DNA of 64,000 bases from Mytilus edulis. Taxonomy: Eukaryota. The first letter of the stretch is position 1. The number at the start of each line of letters is the position of its first letter. The stretch lies in NCBI RefSeq assembly GCF_963676685.1, contig NC_092346.1, forward strand, positions 19,902,001-19,966,000, in the 5' to 3' direction. The position numbers were made by a program, and so were the translations under genes. A model generated the notes under the pieces. The model saw only the letters and a program-made list of their open reading frames with translations, was not told where the DNA came from and ran no database searches. Shown here in pieces: positions 38,042 through 51,466 of this stretch.

Positions 38042-38080
38042 ATCCTGATGACGGTGCCCTAGGCACCGAAACATGTCAAT
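38042..38080 (+). ncRNA. Hammerhead copy with a stem I mismatch
   Basis: Same as 37402-37440, but GTC is followed by AAT instead of GAT. Confidence 0.6.
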
Positions 38081-39048
38081 CAATAAATTTTCTGCAGCAG
38101 TCCCTAAAGTGTTGTTGTTATAAGACTCTCTACATTTTATGTTTTTTATCATAACGACCCTGCATACCCTCGGGTATTCACTTTATGGACTCTACCGTAC
38201 TACAGACTCACCAGGCGTTGGTTCACTTTCGTTTGTAATAAAAAAAAAATTAAATAAAACCATCAGATGTTTGTGTTGATTTTACAGAAAGTTTCAATTG
38301 CTTTTCAATGGAAGAATTTATTTTTGATGTAAAATCATTTCTTTGAATTAAAAATTCTTTTGTCAGATATTATTTGTAATTATGAATTATCTTTTGAATC
38401 AATATAATATAGGGATATAAGAAGATGTCGTATGATCATGATTGCCAATGAGACAAATCCCTATCCAAGTCACAATTTGTAAAAGAAAAACCATTATAGG
38501 TCTAAGTACAGTCAACAAAGAGCCTTGGTGACACCATACAGCAAACTATGAAGGGTTCCAAAAATGACTTGTGTAAAACCATTAAAAAGGGAAAACAAAT
38601 GGTCTTATCTATATAAGAAACCAGAAACACTTATATGAACCACATCAACAGATGACAACTACTGAACATCATGGTTCATTTTTATTGTATCCACTTTTGG
38701 GGAAAACATACATACAAAATTCACAATGTAAAAACTTACAATATGTCTTTATGCAAAAAACAGCTCCTTCAAGTTCAAGAAATGGAATATAACAGGAAAT
38801 AAGCATTTTGATATGTATATGAGTACTTATTTATTATATGCATAGTCACTGAAATACTTACAGTAAGTGATAGGAAATTGGTTAATGTCTTTTTTTTCAC
38901 TAAATTTTAGATGACTAGCTGCTATAAACATGGCCATCTATATTTCTTTCTTTTTTAACCAAATTTATTACCACCTATTAATACAAATTCAAGTGAATGT
39001 AATCTATGAAAAGATATGCAATTAGTTTTTATGCATTTGATGTTTTAA

Positions 39049-39306
<258 letters not shown>

Positions 39307-39997
39307 TGATTTTATTCTCTGTAAATAAGAATTTGTTCATTAAAATGTTCAAATTACACATAGTGTTTTGTTTACCTGTATGGCCATTTTGGCTTTTATT
39401 TGCATGGAGCTAAATCATCGCTGCAAAAAATTTCATGCACTGGCTAATTGTCATTTTCTAAGCAAGGCAATGCATAAATATGAAATAGGAGAACATTTAT
39501 ATTAAGTCAAAAAGTGGTTCTGATTCAGGGGAAAGTACTCTCATTATATTAAAAAAAAAATATACTGTTAAAAGATGTTAGTGAATAACTCAACAAATAA
39601 TTGAGTTTTGATACTGTGAAACTTGTCTTCCAAGAACTTTCAAATCAGGACAAACATTACACAGATAATAATATTTAGTAATTTTCAATGAACCTTGAAA
39701 ACTAAATACTAATAATCAACTTTCAGAACAACAGTTCACTTTGTAAACTAAATAACCTGTTGAAAATAGATTTCACTGTATGACTATTCATAACCTTAAT
39801 ATAAAGAGCACATTCATCTTCAAAAGGTTCGGTCAAGATAGATATCACTGTATTATTATTGGTAGCTAGAACATTCAGCTGAAAAATGTCAAAACAGCTC
39901 TCATCTAATTATATATAAAGCCCTTCTCCAATTTCTTTGTAAACTTAGATATTTTTTTTAGTTGGTTGTATGTATGTAAATATTTATGTCGTTATAG

Positions 39998-40076
39998 GCG
40001 GACAATTCATGTTGTCAGGAAAGGACCAATCAGACATCGAATCACAGTTTCTGTGTAAATTATCATCAGATCACAG
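39998..40076 (+). CDS. ZFYVE21: ZFYVE21 exon 4
   Basis: ttatag| GQFMLSGKDQSDIESQFLCKLSSDHR |gtattg; phases fit. Confidence 0.88.
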
Positions 40077-40320
40077 GTATTGGGAAAAATAATTGGTTAT
40101 TTTATGATTTATATGATACTAAATGTAACTAAATTTATTACAGAATAGAATAGAAAATGTCTCAATTTTTGTAAATTTCTCATTATTCAAAAGATGGCCA
40201 GGGGTACCAAAAAATAGAAAATAATTTAATAATTACAAATGGGTGCAAGATTTCTGCATACATGTATTAATCATATTTAACTACATATATTTTCTATTCT
40301 ATTTCTACCTTTTTTTTCAG

Positions 40321-40418
40321 ATTTTTAAATTTTGAAGCAGAGAGTGATAAATATGAGTCCATTAAAGTGTCTAACTTGGAGTCTTTACAGATCATGGCCA
40401 ACAGTAGAGATGATGAAG
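40321..40418 (+). CDS. ZFYVE21: ZFYVE21 exon 5
   Basis: ttttcag| FLNFEAESDKYESIKVSNLESLQIMANSRDDE |gtatgt. Confidence 0.88.
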
Positions 40419-41386
40419 GTATGTCTTTTACCTTTTACTCTTTAAAGTGAACACAAATATGTTTATGAATTAAAAATCCACGGTTGACAAACTCAAACGC
40501 TTATCATATTGCAAATAAGAGAAGATGTGGGGTATACATCAATGAAGACAGCAACCCAATGACATAAAAAAACCAAAAGACAACAAGAAGATGTTGTTGA
40601 ACAGTTCAAAACAGTTAGTTTTTGTTTCATTGCTCAATGTTGCCATTTTGAATACAATATACAATTACAGAGATATATATAGAGACTATGTTGACAAATG
40701 TAAACAAGCGACTGTAGTATAATTAGTTATACTTAATTCCCTGTAACTGTACAGATGAAAACATATAAAGGGAAATAACTCTAAAAACTTTGCTTGCAAT
40801 AAGCTTCTCACTTCTATAATATTATTTAACTCGTCAAAATGTTCAATTTACATTCTGTATTAAGTGAATATTGAAACTAATTGTTTTGTAGAATTAGCAG
40901 GTGAGTAAATAAAATTTAAAACAACACACAAACAAATTATAGAATTGTTTAAAAAATATTTAAATGAGTGTAGTACAAAATGTTGATGTTCAACAACAAT
41001 TTGGTTTATTTGTTTATGCTGCTTTCTGTAGATGATAATGGTGAGATTGATGTTGTTGATGTGTTTTACTTGTTGTAATGAACTCTTATTTTGGACTTAT
41101 TCTGATGGAAAAAAATAAAAAATAGAACCAATTTTATTTTAACAATGTTTATATAGATTTATTATCGTAGTTTAGCATTTCTTTATAAAGATATCACACG
41201 ATATGTGTTTATCTGGTAAAATAATCGATAAGTTCTATAATGTGAAAGTAATAATTTTGATATTTATATTAAATTTTAATAATCATTGTATAAGAATTTG
41301 AAATTGTATTCACTATTCATTTCAAAATCTTTTCAGGTTGTTGCTTGTTATTTTACATTGTTTTAAAGCTCAATTGAAAATTTCAG

Positions 41387-41517
41387 GAAACACACTTGCC
41401 ACTGGTCTTGCATTGAAATATAAAAATAGCAATGATGTAATGACAATGGTAAAGATGGTTGTCACAACAGGGGCCAATAAGAAACAAGCACAGATATGGA
41501 TAGCTGCTATGCAAAAG
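41387..41517 (+). CDS. ZFYVE21: ZFYVE21 exon 6
   Basis: tttcag| NTLATGLALKYK...KKQAQIWIAAMQK |gtattt. Confidence 0.9.
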
Positions 41518-41667
41518 GTATTTAAAACCAAAGAGTAATATGCCCTTAATGATTCTGTAATAAGAATTATGGTACTATTGTTTAGTGTTGATTGGTCAGA
41601 AAAAATAGATGTACAAACAAAGATAAACAACAACAGACAAGATTATCTATAATCTAAGTTTACTTTA

Positions 41668-42281
41668 TTAGTTCCCCCTACCATCGAAGTCGAAAGGGGA
41701 CTTTAGGTTTGCATTGTTTGTCTGTCTGTCTGTATGTTCGTCTGTCCATCTGTCATTCCGTCAAATTAGTTTTCCAGATTTTTTTTGTTCATGCTTGAAG
41801 ATGTTGACTTGATAATTGTTGGATTTTTTTATCATGTCAAGTTACAGGTCAAATTTGATTTTCAAGATTTTACCTTTTCTCCTTGTTCAGTTAAAGCCCT
41901 TTCCATAGAATTAAATATATTATGAAATACTAATTAATTACTAGATTTTTGTTCAAAGGGAAATAACTCATTTTTAAACTTTCCCTAGAATTAAATTTTT
42001 AATGAAATACTTATTAATTACTAGATTTCTGTTCATAGAGAAATAACTCCTTTTAAAAAATATTTGTAAAAGACATTGCATTAAGATAAATGACATTTTG
42101 GATTTTTTTTCCATTTTCTTTATTAAACTGTTTAAAGAATCTAGTGGTAAGGTTTGTTTGTTAATTTATGTAGTTTACACCATGACAAGTTATAGATCAA
42201 GTTAGAATTTTGTTCCATAAGAATGAATTTTTAACTGGTAGGGGACCATGTATTGCCATGAAATACTCACAGAGTGCTTGT
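41668..42281 (+). mobile_element. Helentron/HINE-like element
   Basis: Sub-terminal inverted motif ttccccctacc / ggtaggggacc, (GTCT)n microsatellite, 3' hairpin gtattgccatgaaatac. Confidence 0.6.
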
Positions 42282-42622
42282 TCAATTCAATTTATTATTT
42301 GTATACATACTTTAAACCACACAAAGAAGGGAGATAACATACTAAAACTAAAAATTCAAAAGATTACAAGACCATTTGAAAGAAAAATATAATTTTGCTT
42401 TTTATAGCATAAACAGTGGTATTGGATATGAAATGTTGTTTTCTTCATTTTATTATAAGGCTTGCAAATATAAATTTTTTGCAAGCACATATGAATTTGT
42501 TGTTTTTACAATAATAGAGTATAAAAATGTTGTGGGCACATGGCTGGGATCGCTTCACAACTTGAAAAGTAACATTAACATGAGCTGAAGTGACTTGATT
42601 TTTACAATTTTTTCTTTTTCAG

Positions 42623-42667
42623 GCATTTAAAATGGTGTATGAAGGTAGACAGGCACTGAGGGCATAA
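42623..42667 (+). CDS. ZFYVE21: ZFYVE21 exon 7 (stop); protein 231 aa
   Basis: tttttcag| AFKMVYEGRQALRA*; exon lengths sum to 696 nt. Confidence 0.88.
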   Translation, partial: AFKMVYEGRQALRA

Positions 42668-45600
42668 TGAAAGAAAAACATTTTCCTTCTTCTGTTATTG
42701 TTTATGAAAACTTTGAGAAACGTTGCAATTTTAAGAATTGAATTAACTCTTAATTCAGCACCTCAGTCTGATGGTGAAGATGTATTTTTTGTTTTTGAAT
42801 TGTATTTAAGTGCTAATGTCAGATTACTGATAAAAAATTGCAGATTAAACTTAAATAAGTCCAGTTTGCACTGAAATTGTGATAAAAAATTCATTGGAAA
42901 TTACAAAAAAAAATAATTTCAATTTAAATGGTATGAGATATTGATAGTGTTTACTTGCAGAAAGAATAAAGAAGATATTTAAATGACAGTGAAGTCTTTA
43001 TTGTTTTTTTTTTGTTTTTTTATAAGTTTTGGCTAAAACCATGCAATTTAGATTAAGTTTTTATGTAAGGTCTCTGTTCGTCTAAGGTGCTGAATTTGAC
43101 AGTAATCATTTAGTTCATTTTAAAGTTATTTTTTTAAGGTAATTCAAATGTGATATTGTGTGTACATAAATCAGCATCAGAGTTGTATTTTTGAGGTATT
43201 TGAAGGGCATTGTTTCTTAGTTTTAGCATTAGTAAATGTAAAGATTTAATGAAGAGAAAGTGACATTGGGAGCAGAATATATACAACATACTAGAAATAT
43301 TTTGCCGAGATATTGATTTAAAGCCCAAATATTGAAAAAAATGTTTTATATCGTTGTTCATGTATAACTTAATTAATTATAAAATTATTATAAATTGATT
43401 ATGATAGCGACTTTTTATAGCAATATAGCGCTTAATTATCAGGCATCAATGTTATTTGAACAGAAAAAGGTCACAAATCAATGTATAAAGCTTACACTGT
43501 GTTATCTTTATTTTTATTCGACTGTTATTAATTTAATGGTGTTATTGTATTAATCACAGATGGTGGTTTGAGATCTTCACTGGTAGTCAAGATTGTTGAC
43601 CATCGCTGTATTACTACAGTCTAGAATTGTCTTGTATATTCTTAAACATTTTGTTTTGTTTAAGAAAAAAATGTTTATTAAGTTATGTAGTTTTCCCTGA
43701 AAATTTTAAGGGAAATTCAAGCAGTTTCTGTTTTGACTTTCCATTCAAAATAGATTTCATTAAAAAAAAATAATTTATTATACCTACCATTATGTGCAGT
43801 TTAAAGTTTGAAAAGTCTGTTACAGCAATCATACAACAGTGTTATGCCCTAGTATTGTCTACTAGTGTTAAAATAGTTTATAGATGATAACTTCAGATGT
43901 CTTTGGAATATAATTTTGCAGCATTTCTGTAATACTTCACACATATTTTTTGTACAACAATGCAAGTTTGATTGTAGTTTTTTAAGTACCAATATATCTT
44001 TTTGGGGTTCATCTGAGACATATTTTTATTTGTTCATTAGGATACAAATTGTGTATGTGATAGTGAAAGTTATTATAAAATGAAATAAAAATTTATTTGA
44101 AATATTAAGTTACATAAAGTCTAAAGAATTTTATTATACAAAATATTGGAATAAAAAAATTAATGACTTTACCAGAATAAGATCTGACAACCCATACTTT
44201 TGAGAAAAATAGCATAATTATATAGGCAGCAAAAAACACCCACTTGTTTTGTTTGAAAAAGGATAGAATAAAATAAAAGATTTTTTACAAATTTTAAAAG
44301 TAGTCTCAGCTGTAGGTGTGGATTAAACCTTTAAACTCTCAGACACTATGTTATATGATAGTATACTGTCAACCCATTGTAACTGTTTGACAGATAGCAG
44401 TATTAAAGGCATTCAATCAGCCTTTTATTGCATCTTTCAAATCTTTATTGAGTCAATTAGTTTAACTGCACACATAGCATACTTACCATACTAAAACAGA
44501 CTTCTGATTTCATAAATATAATCACATTGAAGCATTCTCATGATCAGGTTTTGGCAAACATATATATTCCCAAAAGATTAAGTATTTTATTCAGGGATAT
44601 GGGTATACTTTGTTGTGCAATTTTATATGTAATGTACTTAAATGCAATAAATCTGTATGATAAATAGTGTTTGAAAAACAATGTACAAATTCATAATTTG
44701 TTAAGGCTGGATTTATATATGCTTTATTGATGTTCAATTATTTTACACTTTGTTCTTTTTGTAAAACAAATTTAAAGACATAAAATATAAAAGAATATCG
44801 CATGCAACTTCAGTTCAGTGAATTTTTTATTACCAAGCTTACATTGTTTAATATTGTTGTAAAAAGCGTTTTGAGTAGGGAGAGACTCAGAGAAGTGCAT
44901 GTGCACATAAGGAATATACAAAGAATCATTTGATTGATATATGTATTGATGTCATTTTATCAATGCTTGCCATAGTGATAGATTTTTTAAGATTTTTTAT
45001 ATTGTTTAATAGTTTATTATGTTCTTAAACTGTTTTTGTTGTTGAATATTGTTGAATGGAAAAATTCAGTAGATGAATATGATTTTGTATATAAAGAAAG
45101 TATGAAGTTTTATTTTAACAGAGTTACAAGGTGCACAATATGGTTGGTGACAGTTGGTTGTTTTTAAACTATTATATTGAAAATAATTAAACATTTTACC
45201 TAATTATAAACAGCGGCAAATATTGACTATAACAATAGCTCAATATTCTCATTCATTGGTATAAAGGACCAACTCAAGCACTATATTGCAATTCTGTAAT
45301 TGTTCTGTTCATTGTAACAGTTGTGGATGGTACTTTTCTAGATGTAACATAATAGAGAAATACACACAATTGCATTGGCAAATAATGCATTTTTAAAGTA
45401 AAGTTACCTTATTAAGTTTTATTCTGTTATATGGGAGATAATCCAATTTGAATAGTGTTTCTTCTCCAATTTCAAATGTATTTTACGTTTGAGCGTTACC
45501 ATATGTTTAAGTTAAGTCACCTGTGTTGAAGTTAGGTCACCTTTGTGTTTTTTTCTGTATTAGCTGAGCCTGTACAAGTAAAGCATGAGGACATATGCAA

Positions 45601-46246
45601 AACTTCTGGATTGGTCATTTGATATAAAATGATCCATAACTGTCTTGCACAAGGTTATTTTTGTTTAATGAATAAAAATGATTTTTCACTAGCATTTACT
45701 AAGGAAATAATTTGTTTGTTTTATAATTTCTTCTATTTTTTTTTTTTAGAACAAGGACCTGTTATCAATAACAGGGTATAAATTATTAAGGAAAATAAAT
45801 TAAACTGCAGACTATTTACAAACACTGTTATAAATCTTTCATTATATTATTTTGTTAGTGAAAATGTGCATACTCATTCTTTAGGTAATTTGAATTGATA
45901 AATAATTCAAATCTGAATGAATATAAATTGATTGATATGTTAGAAACAAAATGTGTTGACTAGCAATATAGATTTTTACATATTTAGTATTGATTTAGTT
46001 ATAGGTTATGCACATGATATAATTACACATTGTATGTTAGCTGCTTTGTTTTATAGTGCTTTAAAATAGTGCTTTGTAAAATATATATACTATTAAAATT
46101 ATAAAAGATTTCTGTTTACTGTTAAGAGTCTATTTTTATGAACAACAATGTGGTAGTCCTTAAGTGGTATCCTTCTTCATTCATGAACAGGATTTGGACT
46201 GATAGTAATTCAACTTTATAGAAAATATTGTTGATCTCGGTCGGCA

Positions 46247-46382
46247 TGGGACGTTTGCACTTTTTCATAGGACATTTGCACTTTTTATTCTGGACACTTG
46301 CACTTCAAATCATAGGACATTTGTGCTTTTAAAAAATAAACATTTCCGCTTTTTACAAAGGAGCCTGTACATTTGCACTTTT
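46247..46382. repeat. Sub-terminal-type tandem motif GGACATTTGCACTT (~22-nt period)
   Basis: 5-6 degenerate copies; probably a DNA-transposon end. Confidence 0.55.
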
Positions 46383-46540
46383 GCAATATTGTAACTTATG
46401 CAGAGTATAAGTGTTGTTTATTCAGACGGGATGGTTTCTTCCATGAGATGGGGCAGTAGATTCCATTATAAGGTCAAAGGTCAGGCCTAATTTGGTCTGT
46501 CTGATATCAGGGATTAGGTTCTCAGATTACAATTGCAGGA

Positions 46541-46823
46541 TGCCAGCTTCTCACTTTTGATTTGGCTGTTGAATACAAAGGACGTTTACTCTATAGGAAT
46601 AAGTTTTCATGGGTGCCAGCTTCTCACTTTTGATTTGGCTGTTGAATACAAAGGACGTTTACTCTATAGGAATAAGTTTTCATGGGTGAAAATGAAAACT
46701 TATTCCTATAGAGTAAACGTCCTTTGTATTCAACAGCCAAATCAAAAGTGAGAAGCTGGCACGTTTACTCTATAGGAATAAGTTTTCATTTTCATTGGGT
46801 GAAAATGAAAACTTATTCCTATA
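46541..46823. repeat. Tandem-plus-inverted amplification of a 70-bp unit
   Basis: Unit at 46541 and 46614, reverse complement at 46692-46761, then partial forward and reverse copies. Confidence 0.9.
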
Positions 46824-47257
46824 AATTCAATCATTGTCAAATTGTTCCCTATTGTAGTAATTTAATCAGTAAGACTTTTTAAGATGACAATACGAATACT
46901 AAAAATCTGAACTGAAAATAAGGCGTATAGGTACAGTTTTCAATTTTTTAGCGTGCATGACGTAAAACAGCAAATCAAAGACTTCAACTTTATTTATAAC
47001 TAATATAGGACAATACTGTTGATTAAAAAATACTCCATTCCAGGACCTTTTGTTTTCTAAATAATTAATATTACCAATAATTGATAAGTTCTAGGTCGAC
47101 GGGTTTAAACAGAAGGATTTTGAAAGCAGAGAAAACTCTGCATCTTATAATTGGCATGACTTTATCAGATAGCAATCCCAATACTAAAATAAGGCTTACA
47201 CATATTAATATACTTTATCTCAGTAACAGATCCGCGATATCACTGGTGTGTTCTAGT
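46823..47257 (+). mobile_element. Probable Helitron-type 3' end
   Basis: Imperfect hairpin gatccgcgatatcactggt followed by ...ttCTAGt. Confidence 0.5.
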
Positions 47258-50001
47258 TGTATACTAGTATATATTTGTCTGTTGCTAAAACAGACTCTAG
47301 ATGTCTTTTGATTTTTTGTGTTGTTGGATTTCTGTCCCTTCCAGTAAAACAACTTGTACATGCCTTATAGTCTAGTGCGAAACTGGAAATATGTGGTAAG
47401 AAACATATGATTCCAGGATTTGGAAAAGCGGTGGGCCAGCCAACAAGACAACAGTATTGATGTGACTTATTAAAAGTCTATGTATTTACCATACATGTAC
47501 AGTAGCTCCATAAGGGGACGGCGTTTAGTTTTCTCGTTTGAATTGTTTTTTTTTAAAATATCATTTTAGGGCCTTTTATAGCGGACTATGCAGTGTGGGC
47601 TTTGCTCATTGTTGAAGGCTGTACAGTAAATTGTTAATTACTGTGTCATCTCGTCTCTTGTGAAGAGTTGTATTATTGGCAAACATACCACATCTTCTTT
47701 TTTATATGTTCCAGTACAAATAACTTCAGTACTTAACCCCAATGCTGTAATCAACGGTTTAACAAAATGTAAAACACATGACAAAGATTTTATCTTTTAT
47801 TTCTTTGGTAATAAAATCAAAATTGCATTTGACAACTTTCTACAGTGGATGAATAGTGATCATATGAAAAACATTCCTATTCACAGGGGAATAATACGAA
47901 AACAAATTCTACTACATGCATCTGGAAGACTTCATGTTAATCATGATATAAAAAGCAAGTACTTTTTGTTCCAGGATGGCACACATGCGAGATTCTGATC
48001 TAAAAATGATATAAACAGAAATATCAAAATATTATACAAAGATCTGATGTTCAGAGGATAAAACGTATTTCTGAAAAGTTGTTTGTTAAACCTATTTAAA
48101 TTTTTAAATAGAATATTAGTTATTTTGCACTAAATGTTACTGCTTCGACAATATCTTGAAAGGGTCTTATCAGCATCAAAGAGAGTCATTTTACACATAG
48201 ATTTTTACTACATATTTGTAGTTTTAAAAAAGTTTACCAAAACTGCAAAGGAAACCTAGCATATTGTCAGAAATTTGTACGACTATTTTCTTTGAGATGT
48301 TCAATATTTTTTAAAACCTTGATGTGAAAAAGGAATATGTGTGATGAACATACATCTCATGACAAAAATATTTCATTAACATTAAATGATATGTTTTCAG
48401 TGAAGGTAAACAAAAAATAAATAAATAAATAAGTAAACAAATAAATAAAAGCAAATGTATAGCTTCATCTAACTACATATAAATCTAAGTGAGCTATTGC
48501 ACAAGTCCTGACTAGTCTACATAATTTAAATTAAAGGTGAAAGTTCAATAACATCTATGGAACAAACAAAAAATTAACAATGTTAAAATACTTGGCACAA
48601 GTGTGATAATACATGCTTTAAACACTGAACAATAAACTGTCAACATATATTTGACAAATGAGCATGATCTTATTTTTATTGCATTTATAGAGGAAAACAT
48701 CCCAGATCTCAACATTAAATATGAAAAAAAAGTCATGGCACCATGTATAAAATTGTGAAAAAACCATGACAAATTACAAACTCAATGACACAATGTATAC
48801 AACTGTGAAAAGCCATGACCAATTAAAAAACACAATGACACCATGACAAAATATACTTGCATGGCACCATGAATAATGATATGAAAAACCAAAACAAAAC
48901 TATATAAAAGGCAATAAAAATGTGAATGCATTGATTAAAAGGGGAGGGATAGAAATGGACGAGATTCTTTAGCTACTAACAGCGAACTAACAAATATAAC
49001 TAACCACTATAAAAAGATCTATTTAACAATAAACAAATAACAACAACTGTCTAGTGACTTGGTAAAAAATTTGATGGACAAGACAATGATATGATTCACT
49101 ACAATCTCAAGTTTTTGAGGTACACAAATATAAAATACTAGGAAAACACTCTTATTTTCAAAATCACAGTAAATATCATTTTATGTAAAAATGGCGGACT
49201 AAACAAAATCACAATTTCAAAATTGAGTATCACAACAATGGAACAAAGCAGGTTTTCAATAATCAAAACAAGAACACTACATCTCCTCTACTGGATCTTC
49301 AAGAGAAATACGAAACAGAAAATCCAGTCAAAGATTTTCAAATTTAGTACTAGAAAATCCAGTTTCAACATTTGTATTTTTCGAATTATTTTTCACCAGA
49401 GATAGAGATGTATTTAAGTACATGTATTAATACTGTCCCACATAACCATCATGGACTTTGTCTCGAAAAAACTAATGAGGACACACAAAAAATAAAAATA
49501 AAAGGGGTACACTTCTAAAATGTCTCTTTGTCCATTCAGGCTATGTGGAAAGTTTCTGACACCACAGACCATAAAATCTTGTAAATAATCACTTTCAACA
49601 AACAACTTTATAACTTTGTCATAAAAATCAGCATCAAACTTTCTGAAATTTTAAGTACAATGTTTTCCATGGTATAAAATCATTTCTCTTATTTATAATC
49701 TACCTAAGTGTAAAAATATCAACTATATGAGTATGTCAAGCATCGTATTGCCATTCTTTCGTAAATGTTTTTGATTTAGTAACTCCTATGATAGGAGTAT
49801 AGCCAGTTTTAGCTACTGGGTTCATCTTCATACTGTTTTCTGAAGCAATCTCATACAGGGAAGAAGTCCCAGCACCTCTTTTGATAAAGTTCCCATACAT
49901 ATGTTTCCTGAAATAATACATAATAATCAAACATTTAAAAAACTGGTCAACTGTGCTTTTCAACTTTTTACTTGTTTGGCTTTATAAATATTTTTACATG
50001 A

Positions 50002-50045
50002 GCGTCACTGATGAGTCTTATGTAGACGAAACGCGCGTCTGGCGT
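50002..50045 (+). ncRNA. Minimal type I hammerhead ribozyme (same family as 28136-28179)
   Basis: GCGTCA-CTGATGA-GTCT tatgt AGAC-GAAA-CGCGCG-TC^TGGCGT; predicted cleavage after 50039; shared tail aatcctggtacctttgataactatt. Confidence 0.88.
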
Positions 50046-51094
50046 ACTAAATTATAATCCTGGTACCTTTGATAACTATTGTTAATGATTTTTAATGTAA
50101 TTATTGATAAAAAAAACACACAACTTTCCTTGTGTAGGAAATAATAATTGTCATTCAATGTTCCTTTCAATTAATTTCATAAGTGCACATGCTGAAATGT
50201 ATCGCCTGCTTCATTATTTAATGATTGCATTTCATACAAGTATCATTAAAATCAACACTATCAATGATCAATGTTAATTAGTTCAAGGTCAGATGAACCC
50301 TGCCATACAGACATGGGGTAGATCTTGCAAATGACCCTATATACCAATTATCGTTATTGTAGCATACATCTTGCTTTTCTTCGGGATATACCATAATGTA
50401 AATCAAAATGAACAAACAACTATTACCGTAGATATAAACTAACTTATACAATACCTACCTGTCCTGTATATTCTGTATCCGGCTTGTTAATCAAGTGCAT
50501 CAGGAAAAACCTGTCAATTGTAAAAGAATCACTGTAATTAACAACTGTATCACAAATACTCAATTATATAAAAAAAAAAACCAGAATTTCTCATAAATGA
50601 TAAAGAGTTTTGGAGAAGTTTTTTTTATATATCTCTGATTAATAAGGATGTCATATGTAAGCATGTTACAAAAAGCATGCCCGTAACAACCTGGAGTTTT
50701 AAAGAACATTAGCAACTGTATATCCTTGTTTTCCCAGGCAGCAATAATGACTTAAGCTCATGAATCGTGATGTGGGAAACCCATATCACTTAAGTCATGT
50801 AAGTAGTGTGATATAAATTTTCATATATATTAAATAAACAACACATATCTCATTAATATTTCAGACTGAGTAGTAATTATTTAAAAGATTTCAAATATGG
50901 CAGATTAATTTCATGAAAGTGAAATGATAGTCAACAAAGTACTTACATGTAGTTGGCAAAATTATGCTCATTTGTTGTATGAGTCTCAAACCCATGAGGT
51001 ACTTTGTCAAAGTATTCTTTTCCGTTACCACATATGGAACATTTTGCTTATTACCATGTCTCCTTGTTATTACAATTGAAGTTTTGTAGCCAGT

Positions 51095-51466
51095 CTTTAT
51101 TATGTAAAATATGTAATATCTTAGACGATGAATTTTATTTTTTCTTCAACTATAAAATAAATAAAAATAAAAGAGAAATCTTTCTAAAATATTATATACA
51201 AAAATATGTAAATTTTGATACACTGAATTTTATTGATAAACTCGTGATAATACTAAATCCATCAACACCAAATGATGTAAAAGCAGTTGTTTCTTTTATT
51301 AAAGAGTCATTAGAACTGAGGAAAGGAGAACAGTAACTGTTTCTATCATATCTCTTATAATATTGTCGAGTTTTCATTATGTTTGATTATGTTTGTTTTG
51401 TCAATGTATTTGCCATAAACAAAATTGGTTTTTGTATGTTTTTGCAAATAAAGAATTTATTAATTA
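51095..51466 (+). mobile_element. Short LINE 3' fragment
   Basis: LLCKICNILDDEFYFFF...KAVVSFIKESLELRK* (decayed C-terminal CxxC..DEFH..C), then AATAAA. Confidence 0.55.

Larger units (their letters stand above)
34605..38238. mobile_element. Penelope-like non-autonomous element with 212-bp inverted terminal repeats, interrupted by the BEL element
   Basis: Left arm 34605-34635 + 37374-37554 is the reverse complement of 37928-38139; each arm has a hammerhead core; ~100-bp extension to ~38238. Confidence 0.7.

Noticed and set aside
41337-41386. Upstream alternative acceptor for ZFYVE21 exon 6
   Set aside because: Its use introduces an early TAA.
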